From: Bacteroidota bacterium
GTDB taxonomy: Bacteria > Bacteroidota > Bacteroidia > Palsa-965
Reading direction: 5' to 3'
NCBI GenBank assembly: GCA_006218065.1
Contig: VBWE01000002.1
Location: forward strand, 85,973-149,972
Length of the DNA stretch: 64,000 nt
The stretch's first letter is position 1; the number at the start of each line of letters is the position of its first letter. Positions 7,307-17,220 of the stretch are shown in pieces. The translations under genes and the position numbers were made by a program. The notes under the pieces were generated by a model. That model did not search any database. It had not been told where the DNA came from and was given only the letters and a program-made list of their open reading frames with translations.

Positions 7307-8251
7307 ATGAGCATGAGCTGGTGTCCGTATTGTAATAGTGTTCAAAGCATGCTGCTGGGGCATGTGTATTGCTCGCGGCAATCCAAAGGCATGGGCACGC
7401 TCGAAACCGGCACGCTCTTCATCAAGGCGAAATCGCTGGAAGAAACCGACGATCATATTTCCCGGCTTTCCATCCGCTGCATGCTCAACGGCGAGCAGCG
7501 CTACCGGGTGGGCGGCCATGAACACCTGGTGAACCCAAACAATTACCTGGTGGTGAACCAGGGCCAGCGGTACCAGACTTCGTTCGAAGGAAAAGAAGAC
7601 CAGGAAATGATCCTCGTCGCTTTTCGTCCCGGCTTTGCGGAAAATCTTTTGCATGCATTGTCCACACCGGAAGACGTGCTGCTTGAAAATCCTTTTGAAC
7701 CCTCCACAGGTCCGGTGCTTTTTTTCGAGAAGACGTACGAGATGGATCCGCTGGTACTCGCACTTTTCCGGCGGCTGAGAAAACTGATCAATACCGACCG
7801 CGCAACGAAACAGGTGGCGGACCTGGACGGCATTTATACTGCGCTGCTCGGCCGCCTGCTGCAGGTGCACCGCAAACAGGGCGAGCTGATCGGGAAAATC
7901 GGCAGCAGCAAAAAATCGACGCGTGTGGAATTATTCCGCAGGCTCAGCATCGCCCGCGATTATATGGAAGCGCACGCCGGCGAAATGCTGAAGCTCGACG
8001 ATATTGCGCACGAAGCCTGTCTTTCGGTGCATCATTTCAAACGTACGTTCAAGGAACTTTACGGACTCAGTCCGCATCGTTTTCTCATCGGCAAAAGAAT
8101 CGAAAAAGCGGAGCGCCTGCTCCGGGGTTCGCCCCTGCCGGTGGACGAAATATGCGCGGCCACGGGTTTTGAAGACACCAGTTCATTTATCCGCCTCTTC
8201 CGGCAGCAAACCGGCCGGACTCCCGGCGCGTTCCGCCGCGAAAAAAAATAG
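7307..8251 (+). CDS. AraC-family transcriptional regulator (cupin-like N-domain plus HTH_AraC)
   Basis: C-terminal HHFKRTFKELYGLSPHRFLIGKRIEKAERLL...GFEDTSSFIRLFRQQTGRTPGAFRR is a canonical AraC double HTH. Start codon uncertain (alternatives at 7349 and 7391). Confidence 0.75.
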   Translation: MSMSWCPYCNSVQSMLLGHVYCSRQSKGMGTLETGTLFIKAKSLEETDDHISRLSIRCMLNGEQRYRVGGHEHLVNPNNYLVVNQGQRYQTSFEGKEDQEMILVAFRPGFAENLLHALSTPEDVLLENPFEPSTGPVLFFEKTYEMDPLVLALFRRLRKLINTDRATKQVADLDGIYTALLGRLLQVHRKQGELIGKIGSSKKSTRVELFRRLSIARDYMEAHAGEMLKLDDIAHEACLSVHHFKRTFKELYGLSPHRFLIGKRIEKAERLLRGSPLPVDEICAATGFEDTSSFIRLFRQQTGRTPGAFRREKK

Positions 8252-8319
8252 CCTTTTTCGCATATCGCCCCGGTATGCTTACGGGTAACTTTGATGATAC
8301 CCAATATTATTTTCAGGCG

Positions 8320-9633
8320 ATGAAAAAAACACTTCTTGTACTGGCGCTTACCTGGATTGCTTCCGCGGCTTTTTGCCAGCAGCTTCAGCGCCGGGTTTAT
8401 CTCGGCATCCGGATGGAAAACCTGACGGAAGACAGTAAAAAAATAATGGGTCTCGGCGACCTGAACGGCGTACTGATCAGGGAAGTGCTGCCCCGTTCGA
8501 CGGCCGAAGCAGCAAAATTCAAAAAAGGCGACATCCTGCTTTCACTCGACGGGGCCGGTGTGAATTCCACGCAGAGCGTACTTTCCGTGCTTGCCGGGAA
8601 AAACGGCGGCCAGTCGTTCAGCTATGAAATTTACCGGGAGAAGAAAACCATCAAAGGCAAAGCGGTTTTCAAAACATTCCCGGAAGAAAAATACGCCGAC
8701 CTCGATGTGGAATACACCGACTCGAAAAGCGCGATCGGCATGCAGCGCACGATCATCACCAAACCGAAAACGGCAGGAAAGAAACCGGTTGTGGCTTTCA
8801 TCGGCGGTATCGGCTGCTACTCGCTCGACATGCCGATGGATACCGGGCGCAGCGAAGTGCAGCTCATGCTCAGGCTTTCGCGTGCGGGATTTCTTTGCGC
8901 ACGGCTCGAAAAACCCGGCATGGGCGATAATGCACGGCACTGCAAGGCCTGCAACGAAGTGAGTTTTAAAGAAGAAACAGACGGGTATATCGCCGCGGTG
9001 CAAGCGCTCAAGGCGAGAAGCGATGTGGATTCCAACGCGGTTTTTATTTTCGGTCACAGCATGGGCGGCGTATTCGCCCCGCTCATCGCGCAGCAAACGG
9101 CGCTGAAAGGCATTATCGCCTATGGCACGCTCGGTTCGAATTTTATCGAATACATCGCCAAAACCCGCCGCACGATCGGGGAAGCATACAACATGTCGCC
9201 CGAAGAAACCGACGAACTGGTCAAGGATTTTTGCGAATGCTCCGGGTATTATTTCGTAGAAAAGATGAGCACTGCCGAGGCTGCGAAGAAAAAAGCGGTT
9301 TGCGGCGAGTACATGGGAATTTTCGATCTGCGTTCGCGCGCGTACAACGATGAGCTGTATGCGCTCAATATTCCCGGCATATGGAAACCGTTCACCGGGA
9401 AAGCGCTGCTCGTCTGGGGCGAAAGCGATTATATCTCGGCGAAAGAGGATCACCAGATCATTTCCGGCGCTGTGAATTATTATCATAAAGGGAACGCGGA
9501 AATGATCTTGGTCCGCAGCGCAGATCACGCGATGAATACCGCTGCCGGCTTCGCGGAATCACAGCGCGGCGTAGGGCCGTATAATCCCGAAGTGGGTAAA
9601 ATCATTCTCGACTGGCTGAAAAAGCAGGCATAA
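8320..9633 (+). CDS. secreted PDZ-domain alpha/beta-hydrolase (S9/dienelactone-hydrolase-like serine hydrolase)
   Basis: Signal peptide MKKTLLVLALTWIASAAFCQQ. PDZ-like KKGDILLSLDGAGV. Nucleophile elbow FGHSMGG with a downstream His. Confidence 0.65.
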   Translation: MKKTLLVLALTWIASAAFCQQLQRRVYLGIRMENLTEDSKKIMGLGDLNGVLIREVLPRSTAEAAKFKKGDILLSLDGAGVNSTQSVLSVLAGKNGGQSFSYEIYREKKTIKGKAVFKTFPEEKYADLDVEYTDSKSAIGMQRTIITKPKTAGKKPVVAFIGGIGCYSLDMPMDTGRSEVQLMLRLSRAGFLCARLEKPGMGDNARHCKACNEVSFKEETDGYIAAVQALKARSDVDSNAVFIFGHSMGGVFAPLIAQQTALKGIIAYGTLGSNFIEYIAKTRRTIGEAYNMSPEETDELVKDFCECSGYYFVEKMSTAEAAKKKAVCGEYMGIFDLRSRAYNDELYALNIPGIWKPFTGKALLVWGESDYISAKEDHQIISGAVNYYHKGNAEMILVRSADHAMNTAAGFAESQRGVGPYNPEVGKIILDWLKKQA

Positions 9634-9636
9634 AGG

Positions 9637-10983
9637 ATGACGAAAAACAAAACCGGTTTGGGTGTACTGCTGCTGCTGGCCTGGTCGCTGCTTTTTTCGG
9701 GCCGTGCGGAGAAAGAAACGTTTGCCGTTTTTGTAAAAACGTTTTCCGGCGAATACACGCAATTAAATGTCCCGGGAATAGCATACGATTACCGGGAGTA
9801 TTTCAACGCCATTCCCGGTCCCGCGCAGTTGGACGCGCAGCAGGCTTTTTTTGAAAAGAAAAAAACAGCGCTGAATAATTTTTCCCGCGCGCAGTTGAAA
9901 CCCGTCGCGCAGGTTACGTTCGATCACCTGCAATACGAGATCGGTTTCAACCTCGAACGTATCGCACTCGAAAAATCCTGGGTGGCTGCCGGCCGGAAAT
10001 TGCCGGATGACGGCTTGTTTGCGCTGGAGAACCGGAAAGCCTGGTATGCGTACTTCATCAAAAAATTTACCAGCCTGGATTATACGCCGGAAGAAATCAT
10101 GTCCTTCGGATTGCAGGAAGTGAAACGCGTGCAGGGCGAGATCAACCGCATAAGGATGGAAACGGGCTTCACCGACAGTCTTGCTTTTGTGAAACATCTC
10201 GTCGGCGAAAAATTCATCATTACGGATAAAAAGAAATTGCAGGAAATTTTCGCACGGACCGACAGTGCGATCCGCAAAAACCTGGCTGCGTTTACCGGCG
10301 ACGCCAACCCGCCTGCCGTTTTTCCCATGGAGTGGCCGGACGCCGGCGCCAATACGCCGCCCGGGATGTACACGAACCACGAAGAAAATCCGTACGGCAA
10401 AGATGTGTTCCTGTATAATTTTTTCGGCGGACATTATAACAGCCGGGCGATCGAATGGCTTTACATGCACGAAGCCATACCGGGTCACCACCTGCAATGG
10501 TCGCTGCGGAATGATGAACAGAAAGACCCACTGCAAGATCTTTTTCTGTACCCCGGTAATTTCGAAGGCTGGGCCTGCTATGTGGAATACTACGGCAAAT
10601 CGCTCGGCGTATTTCGTGATCCGTACAGTGAGCTGGGCAAGTGGGAATGGGATCTGGTGCGCTCGGCAAGACTGGTGATTGAAACCGGGATTCATTACTA
10701 CGGCTGGACCAGGGAGCAGGCGCTGGCGTACTGGAAGAAAAATATTCCGGCACAGGACGATATCGCCGAACGCGAAGTAACCCGCGTAACCAACTGGCCG
10801 GCGCAGGCCATCAGCTACAAGATCGGTGCGGATTGCCTGGCGAAGATCAAAGAAGAAACAAAAAAGAAATACGGAAACGCGTTCAGCGAAGCCCGCTTTA
10901 ACCGCGCGTATTTATCTTTCGGTATGCGCCCGCTCGACGTGGTGAAAAATAATTTTGAGAATATGTACGCCGCCGGGAAATAA
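9637..10983 (+). CDS. DUF885-family protein (putative secreted metallopeptidase-like)
   Basis: Signal peptide, then the HEAIPGHHLQ motif typical of DUF885. 4-nt spacing from the upstream gene. Confidence 0.6.
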   Translation: MTKNKTGLGVLLLLAWSLLFSGRAEKETFAVFVKTFSGEYTQLNVPGIAYDYREYFNAIPGPAQLDAQQAFFEKKKTALNNFSRAQLKPVAQVTFDHLQYEIGFNLERIALEKSWVAAGRKLPDDGLFALENRKAWYAYFIKKFTSLDYTPEEIMSFGLQEVKRVQGEINRIRMETGFTDSLAFVKHLVGEKFIITDKKKLQEIFARTDSAIRKNLAAFTGDANPPAVFPMEWPDAGANTPPGMYTNHEENPYGKDVFLYNFFGGHYNSRAIEWLYMHEAIPGHHLQWSLRNDEQKDPLQDLFLYPGNFEGWACYVEYYGKSLGVFRDPYSELGKWEWDLVRSARLVIETGIHYYGWTREQALAYWKKNIPAQDDIAEREVTRVTNWPAQAISYKIGADCLAKIKEETKKKYGNAFSEARFNRAYLSFGMRPLDVVKNNFENMYAAGK

Positions 10984-11008
10984 AAATCTGCGGACAAAAC
11001 AGGAAAAG

Positions 11009-11923
11009 ATGAATATCAGTACGATTGTATTTTTTTTCGGAGCCCTGGGCGGGATGCTGAGTTCCTGCGCGCAAACACCGGACAACAAAACAACATCGCC
11101 GGAAAAAGAAGCGTGCAAAGTATTACTCGGAAAAGACGGGACGGAATACGCTTACCCGCGCCTGTCCAAAGACAAAAAAACGATTTTGTACCAGTCGAAC
11201 GAAACCGGGAAATGGCAGTTGTCCATACTGGATATCGCTGCGGGCAGCCGCAAAGCGATTACGCGCGACACGTTCAACAATAATTTTCCCGACTGGAGCG
11301 CCGACAACCGGTTGGTGGCCTTTGTAAGCGACCGCGACGGCAACGAAGAAATTTACCTGGTTCATGCGGATGGCAGCAACCTGCAGCGGATCACCAGCGA
11401 TGCGGGGCGCGACATCCATCCGTATTTCAGCCCGGACGGAAAATATATCCTGTTCAACTCCACCCGCGGAAACGAATCGCTCGACATTTACCGGTACACG
11501 ATTGAAACCGGGAAAGTCGAACGCCTGACGCAAACGAACGACGATGAAACCTGCGCGCGTTATTCGCCGGATATGACCCGGATCGTTTACCTGAGAAACG
11601 GCCCGACGATGGACGACGTATTCGAACTCGATATGTCGAATTTCCTGGGCGAGAACATTACGAAAACGCCCACTGTGCCCGACGGCTGGCCGATGTACGG
11701 CAACAACGGGAAGTGGATCTATTATTCTTCGATGGAGTCGGGCACGTATTGCATTTACCGGGTGAAGACGGCCGGCGGTTCAAAACAGCAACTTACAACA
11801 GCGCTTTTCGGGGAAGAAGACGCGCGGGTGTATATTTCTGCCGACGGAAAGACGATGATCTACAACAAACGCAAAGGAAACGGGATCGATATACGCAGCT
11901 GCGAAATCGTTTCCCCGCGCTAA
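11009..11923 (+). CDS. TolB-like / PD40 WD40-like beta-propeller repeat lipoprotein
   Basis: Repeated PD40 motifs (PDWSADNRLVAFVSDRDGNEEIYLV, YFSPDGKYILFNSTRG, RYSPDMTRIVYLRNG). Signal peptide plus Cys (LSSCAQ). Confidence 0.7.
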   Translation: MNISTIVFFFGALGGMLSSCAQTPDNKTTSPEKEACKVLLGKDGTEYAYPRLSKDKKTILYQSNETGKWQLSILDIAAGSRKAITRDTFNNNFPDWSADNRLVAFVSDRDGNEEIYLVHADGSNLQRITSDAGRDIHPYFSPDGKYILFNSTRGNESLDIYRYTIETGKVERLTQTNDDETCARYSPDMTRIVYLRNGPTMDDVFELDMSNFLGENITKTPTVPDGWPMYGNNGKWIYYSSMESGTYCIYRVKTAGGSKQQLTTALFGEEDARVYISADGKTMIYNKRKGNGIDIRSCEIVSPR

Positions 11924-12252
11924 GGATTTTTGTCAACCACTACGGCTGTTCCGTAAGCCAGCACTTCGGTAATGCCGTTCCCGACTTCGTTCGCATCATA
12001 ACGCATGCCGACAATCCCGTTGGCACCCATCTGCGCAGCCTGATGAATCATCAGGTTGTAAGCTTCCTGCCTTGCTTTTTCACAGAGCTCGGTATAAAGC
12101 GTAATGTTGCCGCCCACCAGCGCCTGGAACCCCGCGCCGATATTGCCGAAAATGCTCCGCGAACGCACGGTTACCCCGCGCACCATGCCGAGCTGTTTTT
12201 TAATCGTATAGCCTTCGATAGTAAAAGTCGTTGAGATAAGAGCCTGGTCCAT
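11920..12252 (-). CDS. ybjQ: YbjQ/UPF0145 family protein (putative heavy-metal-binding)
   Basis: 110 aa. MVRGVTVRSRSIFGNIGAG...ANGIVGMRYDANEVGNGITEVLAYGTAVVV is a very close match to the YbjQ family. Confidence 0.85.
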   Translation of the reverse strand: MDQALISTTFTIEGYTIKKQLGMVRGVTVRSRSIFGNIGAGFQALVGGNITLYTELCEKARQEAYNLMIHQAAQMGANGIVGMRYDANEVGNGITEVLAYGTAVVVDKNP

Positions 12253-12347
12253 TTTTTTGGTTTTGTAGAATAATACAACAGGTGAAAACGGTTTTTGTTT
12301 TCAATAGGGAAAAATTGCTTGAAGGACGGGATCGTTGTATTTGTTTT

Positions 12348-12454
12348 CCAGATATGAGATGTGAGACAACTCCCTTTGCTTGCGGGGCGACCGTCCCTTT
12401 TACTTGTCAGGTCGGGCGCCGTCTCATATCTCAAGTCTCACATCTCATATCTGG
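12348..12454. repeat. inverted-repeat element: 20-bp perfect arms CCAGATATGAGATGTGAGAC flanking a 67-bp GC-rich core
   Basis: Arms at 12348-12367 and 12435-12454 are exact reverse complements. An extra partial arm copy lies at 12421-12434. Sits between the stop of the gene at 12486 and the ybjQ start. Confidence 0.6.
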
Positions 12455-12485
12455 AAAACAGACTTTAGTTTCCAGGCACAAAAAA

Positions 12486-13457
12486 TCAATTCCCGAGCAG
12501 CACTTTTTTCGTGATCCGGGTGCTGTTGATTTCCAGCGTAACGAAATAAATGCCCGGAGAAACCACACCCAGCTGCAGGCGGTCCTGCTGTAAAACGGCG
12601 CTCACGGTACGGCCGGTGATATCCGTAACGGCGTTGAATGTAAATGCCTTTCCCTTGCTGTCAATTACCAGTTCATTGTTCGGCGCGACGTAAATATTGA
12701 CGAGCTGCGCGGCGATTTCGTTCATGCCCTGAGGCGCTTCCAGCAGTGCGATATCATCCACCGCAAAAGAAGGATCCGATCCCTGGCTATCGTTGTCGTT
12801 GGTCCAGGTGAAACCGATTTTTACGTTGCCGTTGTTGTTGGCGCTTGCCGGAAGGTTGACGGAATATTCGAACCAGGTGGCGCCCGGAAGCTGGCAGGGG
12901 CCCAGCGTTGTTTTCGCCAGCGCATCGATCATCGTCCAGGTCGCGCCGCCATCCGGAGAATACACCATAGTGGCATCGTCGCCTGTGCCTTCGCCGTTTT
13001 CATAATATACGAAGGCCGCCACGATATTCGTTTTACCGAGACAGTTGATGATGGGCGACATTACGCGCTTGTTGGTCGTGGAGCAAATGTTGAATCCGCA
13101 GAACGCACCGGTCAGGTACGTGGACCCGGTATCGGCGCCGATGCTGACAACATTGGGAATAACCACGGCCGCATTGCCGATGTGCAGCGACCGGTCGGTG
13201 GTGGTGTTCACGATACAATTGTCCGAACAATTGCCTCCGCCTGTTCCGGAAGCCGTGGCGCTTACAAACCACATGTCGGCGTGCGTATCATTCGTCCCGG
13301 TAGTGGCTTCGGTCCAGTTCCCGTTGATGCTGGCAAAAGCAGTCGGTGTTTGCCCGCGGCTGCACCCCGTTCCGAAATTCTCGGACCAGAAAGCGGATTG
13401 TGAAAACCCGGTTGCGGCAAAAAACAATGCAAAAGTTGAAACGTAGAGTTTTTTCAT
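12486..13457 (-). CDS. secreted protein with T9SS C-terminal sorting domain
   Basis: Signal peptide MKKLYVSTFALFFAATGFSQ. C-terminal GIYFVTLEINSTRITKKVLLGN (Por_Secre_tail). Confidence 0.65.
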   Translation of the reverse strand: MKKLYVSTFALFFAATGFSQSAFWSENFGTGCSRGQTPTAFASINGNWTEATTGTNDTHADMWFVSATASGTGGGNCSDNCIVNTTTDRSLHIGNAAVVIPNVVSIGADTGSTYLTGAFCGFNICSTTNKRVMSPIINCLGKTNIVAAFVYYENGEGTGDDATMVYSPDGGATWTMIDALAKTTLGPCQLPGATWFEYSVNLPASANNNGNVKIGFTWTNDNDSQGSDPSFAVDDIALLEAPQGMNEIAAQLVNIYVAPNNELVIDSKGKAFTFNAVTDITGRTVSAVLQQDRLQLGVVSPGIYFVTLEINSTRITKKVLLGN

Positions 13458-13508
13458 GGCTATAGTTTATGGTTCGACATTCAAGTTACGTTAAATTCAT
13501 CAATTGAT

Positions 13509-13620
13509 CGATTTGAAAATTTGAAAATGAACCGATTTGAAAATTCCGTGCGCACAAACTGCCTCCCCAAAGCGCTCCTGGGCTGGCCTGTGTGAAAGGA
13601 ATCTTCAAATTTTCAAATCG
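13509..13620. repeat. inverted-repeat element: arms CGATTTGAAAATTTGAA(A/G) flanking a 77-bp core, plus an internal direct copy
   Basis: Left arm 13509-13525, right arm 13603-13620 (reverse complement). A direct copy CGATTTGAAAATT lies at 13533-13545. Same architecture as the 12348-12454 element, about 55 bp upstream of the minus-strand start at 13457. Confidence 0.55.
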
Positions 13621-13641
13621 GGTAATTGGAAAACAGATTGC

Positions 13642-14688
13642 CTAACTAAATTTCCAGTTGTACTTATCCAGGTCCTGGATACTGTGTATGAGCAGCCGGA
13701 TGGAATTGGCGATATCATCCTTGTCGGCCATTTCGATCACCTGGTGAATGTGACGGCAGGGAATCGAAACGGCGCCGGAGATCGATCCGCCGGGCGTAAA
13801 ACGCTGCATCGCCGCGGTATCCGTTCCGCCTGCGGGAAGAATTTCCATCTGGTACGGAATCTTGTGTTTTTCCGCGGTCTGGCGCATATAGTCCACCATC
13901 CGGTAATCGCTGATGGACGAAGCGTCCATGATTTTGATGGCGGCGCCTTTGCCGAGCTGCGTAACCATTTCATGCGCTTTTGCACCGGGCACGTCATATG
14001 CCAGCGTAACGTCGAGACCGAAACCGAAATCCGGCTGAACATCCAGTGATGAAGCCACTGCACCGCGGATACCGACTTCTTCCTGTACGGTGAAAACGGC
14101 GTAAACATCATACACCGGGTTTTTCAGCGCGCGCAGGGTTTCGATGAGAATGAAAACGGAAACGCGGTTGTCGAGCGATTTGCAGTTTACGCAGTTCCCC
14201 ATTTCAATCAGCTCGCGCTCGCGTGTAACGGTGTCGCCCACGCGGACGTATTTTTCCACTTCTTTTTTCGGCAGGCCGAGATCGATAAAATAATCGCTGA
14301 TCGGCATCATTTTCCCGCGTTCTTCCGGGCTCATGATATGAATGGGTTTGCAGCCCATCACGCCGATAAGGTCTTTCCGGCCGTGCACGATAACGCGCTG
14401 CGCCGTAAGTGTTTTCGGATCGAAGCCGCCCAGCGGGATGAAATGCAGGAATCCTTTATCGTCGACATGCGTGACGATAAAACCGATCTCGTCCATATGC
14501 GCGGCGATCATTACTTTTTTCGGCTTCTTTCCTTTTTTCAGGGCGATCACGTTGCCCATATTGTCCGTGCGGATTTCGTCGGCCAGTTTGGAAATTTCTT
14601 TTATGACCAGTTCGCGTACCCGTTGCTCGTGGCCGGGTGCGCCGGCGATTTCGCAGATTTGTTTGAGAAGTTTTACGTTGATTGACAT
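13642..14688 (-). CDS. M42 family metallopeptidase (glutamyl aminopeptidase / FrvX-like)
   Basis: N-terminus LLKQICEIAGAPGHEQRVRELV, HMDEIGFIV and the metal-binding pattern characteristic of M42. Confidence 0.8.
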   Translation of the reverse strand: MSINVKLLKQICEIAGAPGHEQRVRELVIKEISKLADEIRTDNMGNVIALKKGKKPKKVMIAAHMDEIGFIVTHVDDKGFLHFIPLGGFDPKTLTAQRVIVHGRKDLIGVMGCKPIHIMSPEERGKMMPISDYFIDLGLPKKEVEKYVRVGDTVTRERELIEMGNCVNCKSLDNRVSVFILIETLRALKNPVYDVYAVFTVQEEVGIRGAVASSLDVQPDFGFGLDVTLAYDVPGAKAHEMVTQLGKGAAIKIMDASSISDYRMVDYMRQTAEKHKIPYQMEILPAGGTDTAAMQRFTPGGSISGAVSIPCRHIHQVIEMADKDDIANSIRLLIHSIQDLDKYNWKFS

Positions 14689-14708
14689 AGGAAATGGTTT
14701 GTGGTTCC

Positions 14709-14735
14709 TTAGGGTCGACCAGTGGTCGACCCTTA
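14709..14735 (-). terminator. hairpin AGGGTCGACC-AGT-GGTCGACCCT downstream of pyk (no clear U-tract)
   Basis: 10-bp stem with a 3-nt loop containing two SalI-like palindromes. Could instead be an operator for the downstream M42 gene. Confidence 0.3.
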
Positions 14736-14783
14736 CGAAGATTGAGTTACAATTTCTTTTTACGGGTCGCTCCCGGTGAAATT

Positions 14784-16247
14784 TTAATCCACCAGCGTCA
14801 GTTTGATCATATTCGATTTTCCTTTTTCATTGAGCGGGATGCTGGCGATATTGATAATGTAATCATTCGTAGCTACATACCCGGCTCTTTTCAGGATGAA
14901 TTTGATATCGGCGATCGTATGGTCGGTGCTGATATTTTTATCGTAGTAAAATCCGCGCACGCCCCAAACCAGGTTGAGCTGGGTGAGGATGGCGTAATTC
15001 CCGGTGAACACGAATACGCTTGCTTTCGGGCGGTAGCTCGAGATGCGGAAAGCCGTGTAGCCCGAATGCGTCATGGTGATGATGGCCGTAGCATTCGTCT
15101 GTTTGGCGAGTTGTCCGCCGGCGTAACAGATCTGGTCCGAGATCTGCCGGTCGCTGGTACTCATCAGCGGGGGACGCTCCATATAATAAATGTCGCGCTC
15201 CTGTTCGATATGCGCGATGATTTTCGACATGGCGCTGATCACGCGCGCGGGATGTTTCCCCACGGACGTTTCACCGCTGAGCATCACGGCATCCGCGCCG
15301 TCCATTACGGAATTGGCTACGTCGTTCACTTCGGCGCGTGTGGGTGAAGGATTCGTGATCATGCTTTCCATCATCTGCGTGGCGATGATCACGGGCTTCG
15401 ACGCTTCGAGACATTTTTTCACGAGCATTTTCTGGATCACCGGTACACGTTCCATCGGGACTTCCACGCCCAGGTCGCCGCGCGCCACCATCAGGCCGTC
15501 GGTTTCACGGATAATGTGGTCGATGTCGTTCAGCGCTTCCGGTTTCTCGATTTTCGCGATCACGCGCGCCGTACTTTCCGGGTCGATCTGCCGGATGATG
15601 TGTTTCAGCTCGATGATATCATGACCCGAGCGGACGAACGAAAGCCCGATCCAGTCGATGCGGTGCTCGATGGCGAACGTAAGATCGCGCAGATCTTTTT
15701 CCGTCAGGCAGGGCAGCGAAACTTTGGTATTCGGCAGGTTGACGCCTTTTTTGGAAGAGAGTATGCCGCCGTGTTCCACTACGGCGACAACTTCGTCGGT
15801 GCCGTTTGTGCTCACCGTGCGCAGGATCAGTTTCCCGTCATCCACCAGGATATTTTCTCCCGGCTTTACGTCCTTCGGAAACTGCGGGTAGGTAATGTAC
15901 ACCTTCTGCGCATTGCCGGTCATTTGTTTCGTGGTGAAAATGATCTCTGCGCCGGGAACGAGTTCCACGCCGTTGTTCTCGATTTCCCCGATGCGGAGTT
16001 TGGGTCCCTGCAGGTCGGCGAGCATGGCGATGTGCGTCCCCAGTTTCCGGTTTACCTCGCGGATGTTTTTAATGACCGATTCCACCGCGGCATAATCGCC
16101 GTGCGAAAAATTGATGCGGAATACGTCGGCGCCGGCGATAACCATTTCCTCCAGCATTTCTGCCGAAGAAGAGGCGGGGCCGATAGTAGCGACAATCTTG
16201 GTGCGGTTATATGCGATGCGGTGTGCGACCGGGTTTTGTTCTTCCAT
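14784..16247 (-). CDS. pyk: pyruvate kinase
   Basis: KIVATIGPAS...MVARGDLGVE and the full PK barrel plus C-terminal domain, 487 aa. Confidence 0.95.
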   Translation of the reverse strand: MEEQNPVAHRIAYNRTKIVATIGPASSSAEMLEEMVIAGADVFRINFSHGDYAAVESVIKNIREVNRKLGTHIAMLADLQGPKLRIGEIENNGVELVPGAEIIFTTKQMTGNAQKVYITYPQFPKDVKPGENILVDDGKLILRTVSTNGTDEVVAVVEHGGILSSKKGVNLPNTKVSLPCLTEKDLRDLTFAIEHRIDWIGLSFVRSGHDIIELKHIIRQIDPESTARVIAKIEKPEALNDIDHIIRETDGLMVARGDLGVEVPMERVPVIQKMLVKKCLEASKPVIIATQMMESMITNPSPTRAEVNDVANSVMDGADAVMLSGETSVGKHPARVISAMSKIIAHIEQERDIYYMERPPLMSTSDRQISDQICYAGGQLAKQTNATAIITMTHSGYTAFRISSYRPKASVFVFTGNYAILTQLNLVWGVRGFYYDKNISTDHTIADIKFILKRAGYVATNDYIINIASIPLNEKGKSNMIKLTLVD

Positions 16248-16334
16248 AATTTTAAAATGTTTTCCTCACGGGGTGTGAGCTGCACGAAGATACGGAATCG
16301 TAATCCGTTGCTGGTATACCATATATTTGTTCCA

Positions 16335-16754
16335 TCAGAATACCAGGTTTTGTTTCGATTTGAGCTCGGCCGGAACAAGTGCGAAAGCTGTTAACACGAA
16401 AGGAATATTTTTGATCGCCTGCAGCATGCGCGCTTCATCGTCTTTCCCGAAAGGGCCTTTTGCTGTGAAAAAATAATCGGCATGTTTCTGTTCCGGCACA
16501 AGCAGTCCGCTTCCGCTGCGGTTGCCCACGATAAAACAGGCCGTATCGTTTTCCGGATTTTCATGCGCGTATAAACTGAAGCTGGCCGGGGGATCTTCTT
16601 TTTTCAGGCTGATCTGCAGCGGTTCCGCACGCGCCATATCAATGGAAAGCGCCTGGTTCATCGCCCAGCAAAGCCGGTAGTCCTTCTCGTGGCAGGAAAT
16701 ACCGATGAGAATAAAATCGTAATCGTATTCTATATCGAGCCGGAATTTGCTCAA
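16335..16754 (-). CDS. IPExxxVDY family protein
   Basis: 139 aa with LVPEQKHADYFF matching the IPExxxVDY signature. This family is often found near pyk in Bacteroidota. Confidence 0.55.
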   Translation of the reverse strand: MSKFRLDIEYDYDFILIGISCHEKDYRLCWAMNQALSIDMARAEPLQISLKKEDPPASFSLYAHENPENDTACFIVGNRSGSGLLVPEQKHADYFFTAKGPFGKDDEARMLQAIKNIPFVLTAFALVPAELKSKQNLVF

Positions 16755-17093
16755 GGGATGTTTTTTTGATCGATGTAAAGTTAAAAGAATGCCGTATTGA
16801 TGCAGCTACCGCTTATGTAAATTAAAAACGACCCACGTGTTACCGCAAATCAGTTGCCGGGGAACGTTTTCGACCAGAAAACCAACAATCCCGGTTGCCC
16901 GGAATATACTCCCGCACGAAGCAGGATATACGCCGGTAAAAACGCCGGATAAATTAACAGTGCAGGAGGAAATACAAAAGCTGCACCGGGACAGATGTTT
17001 TCACGAAATAAAAACAGGCGATAAAAAACGAATCTCCTGCCGCAGTCAACTTCCCCGAACAGGAATTTCGTTCAATTCCGGGAGGTGTAATAA

Positions 17094-17107
17094 GTTGATA
17101 TATCAAC
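17094..17107. promoter_or_regulatory. perfect 14-bp palindrome GTTGATATATCAAC about 115 bp upstream of the outer-membrane barrel gene
   Basis: Exact palindrome in the 465-bp intergenic region. Candidate repressor operator. Confidence 0.3.
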
Positions 17108-17220
17108 ATATTTTTGACCCGGAAAATCTTTCGGCAGGCATTGTAAACCACTGAACAATGTATTGTACCGCTTGAACAAAATCCCTTTCTCCCCGGGAAA
17201 AGACGGCGCATTTTTGTAAC

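Noticed and set aside
7223-7870. 215-aa minus-strand ORF
   Set aside because: Fully antisense to the AraC-family gene, which has an unambiguous HTH_AraC C-terminus. No motifs; spurious.
8542-9528. 328-aa minus-strand ORF
   Set aside because: Antisense to the PDZ/alpha-beta-hydrolase gene with its GHSMGG motif. GC-rich antisense frame artefact.
9763-10695. 310-aa minus-strand ORF
   Set aside because: Antisense to the DUF885 gene. No domain features.
15516-16394. 292-aa plus-strand ORF
   Set aside because: Antisense to pyruvate kinase.
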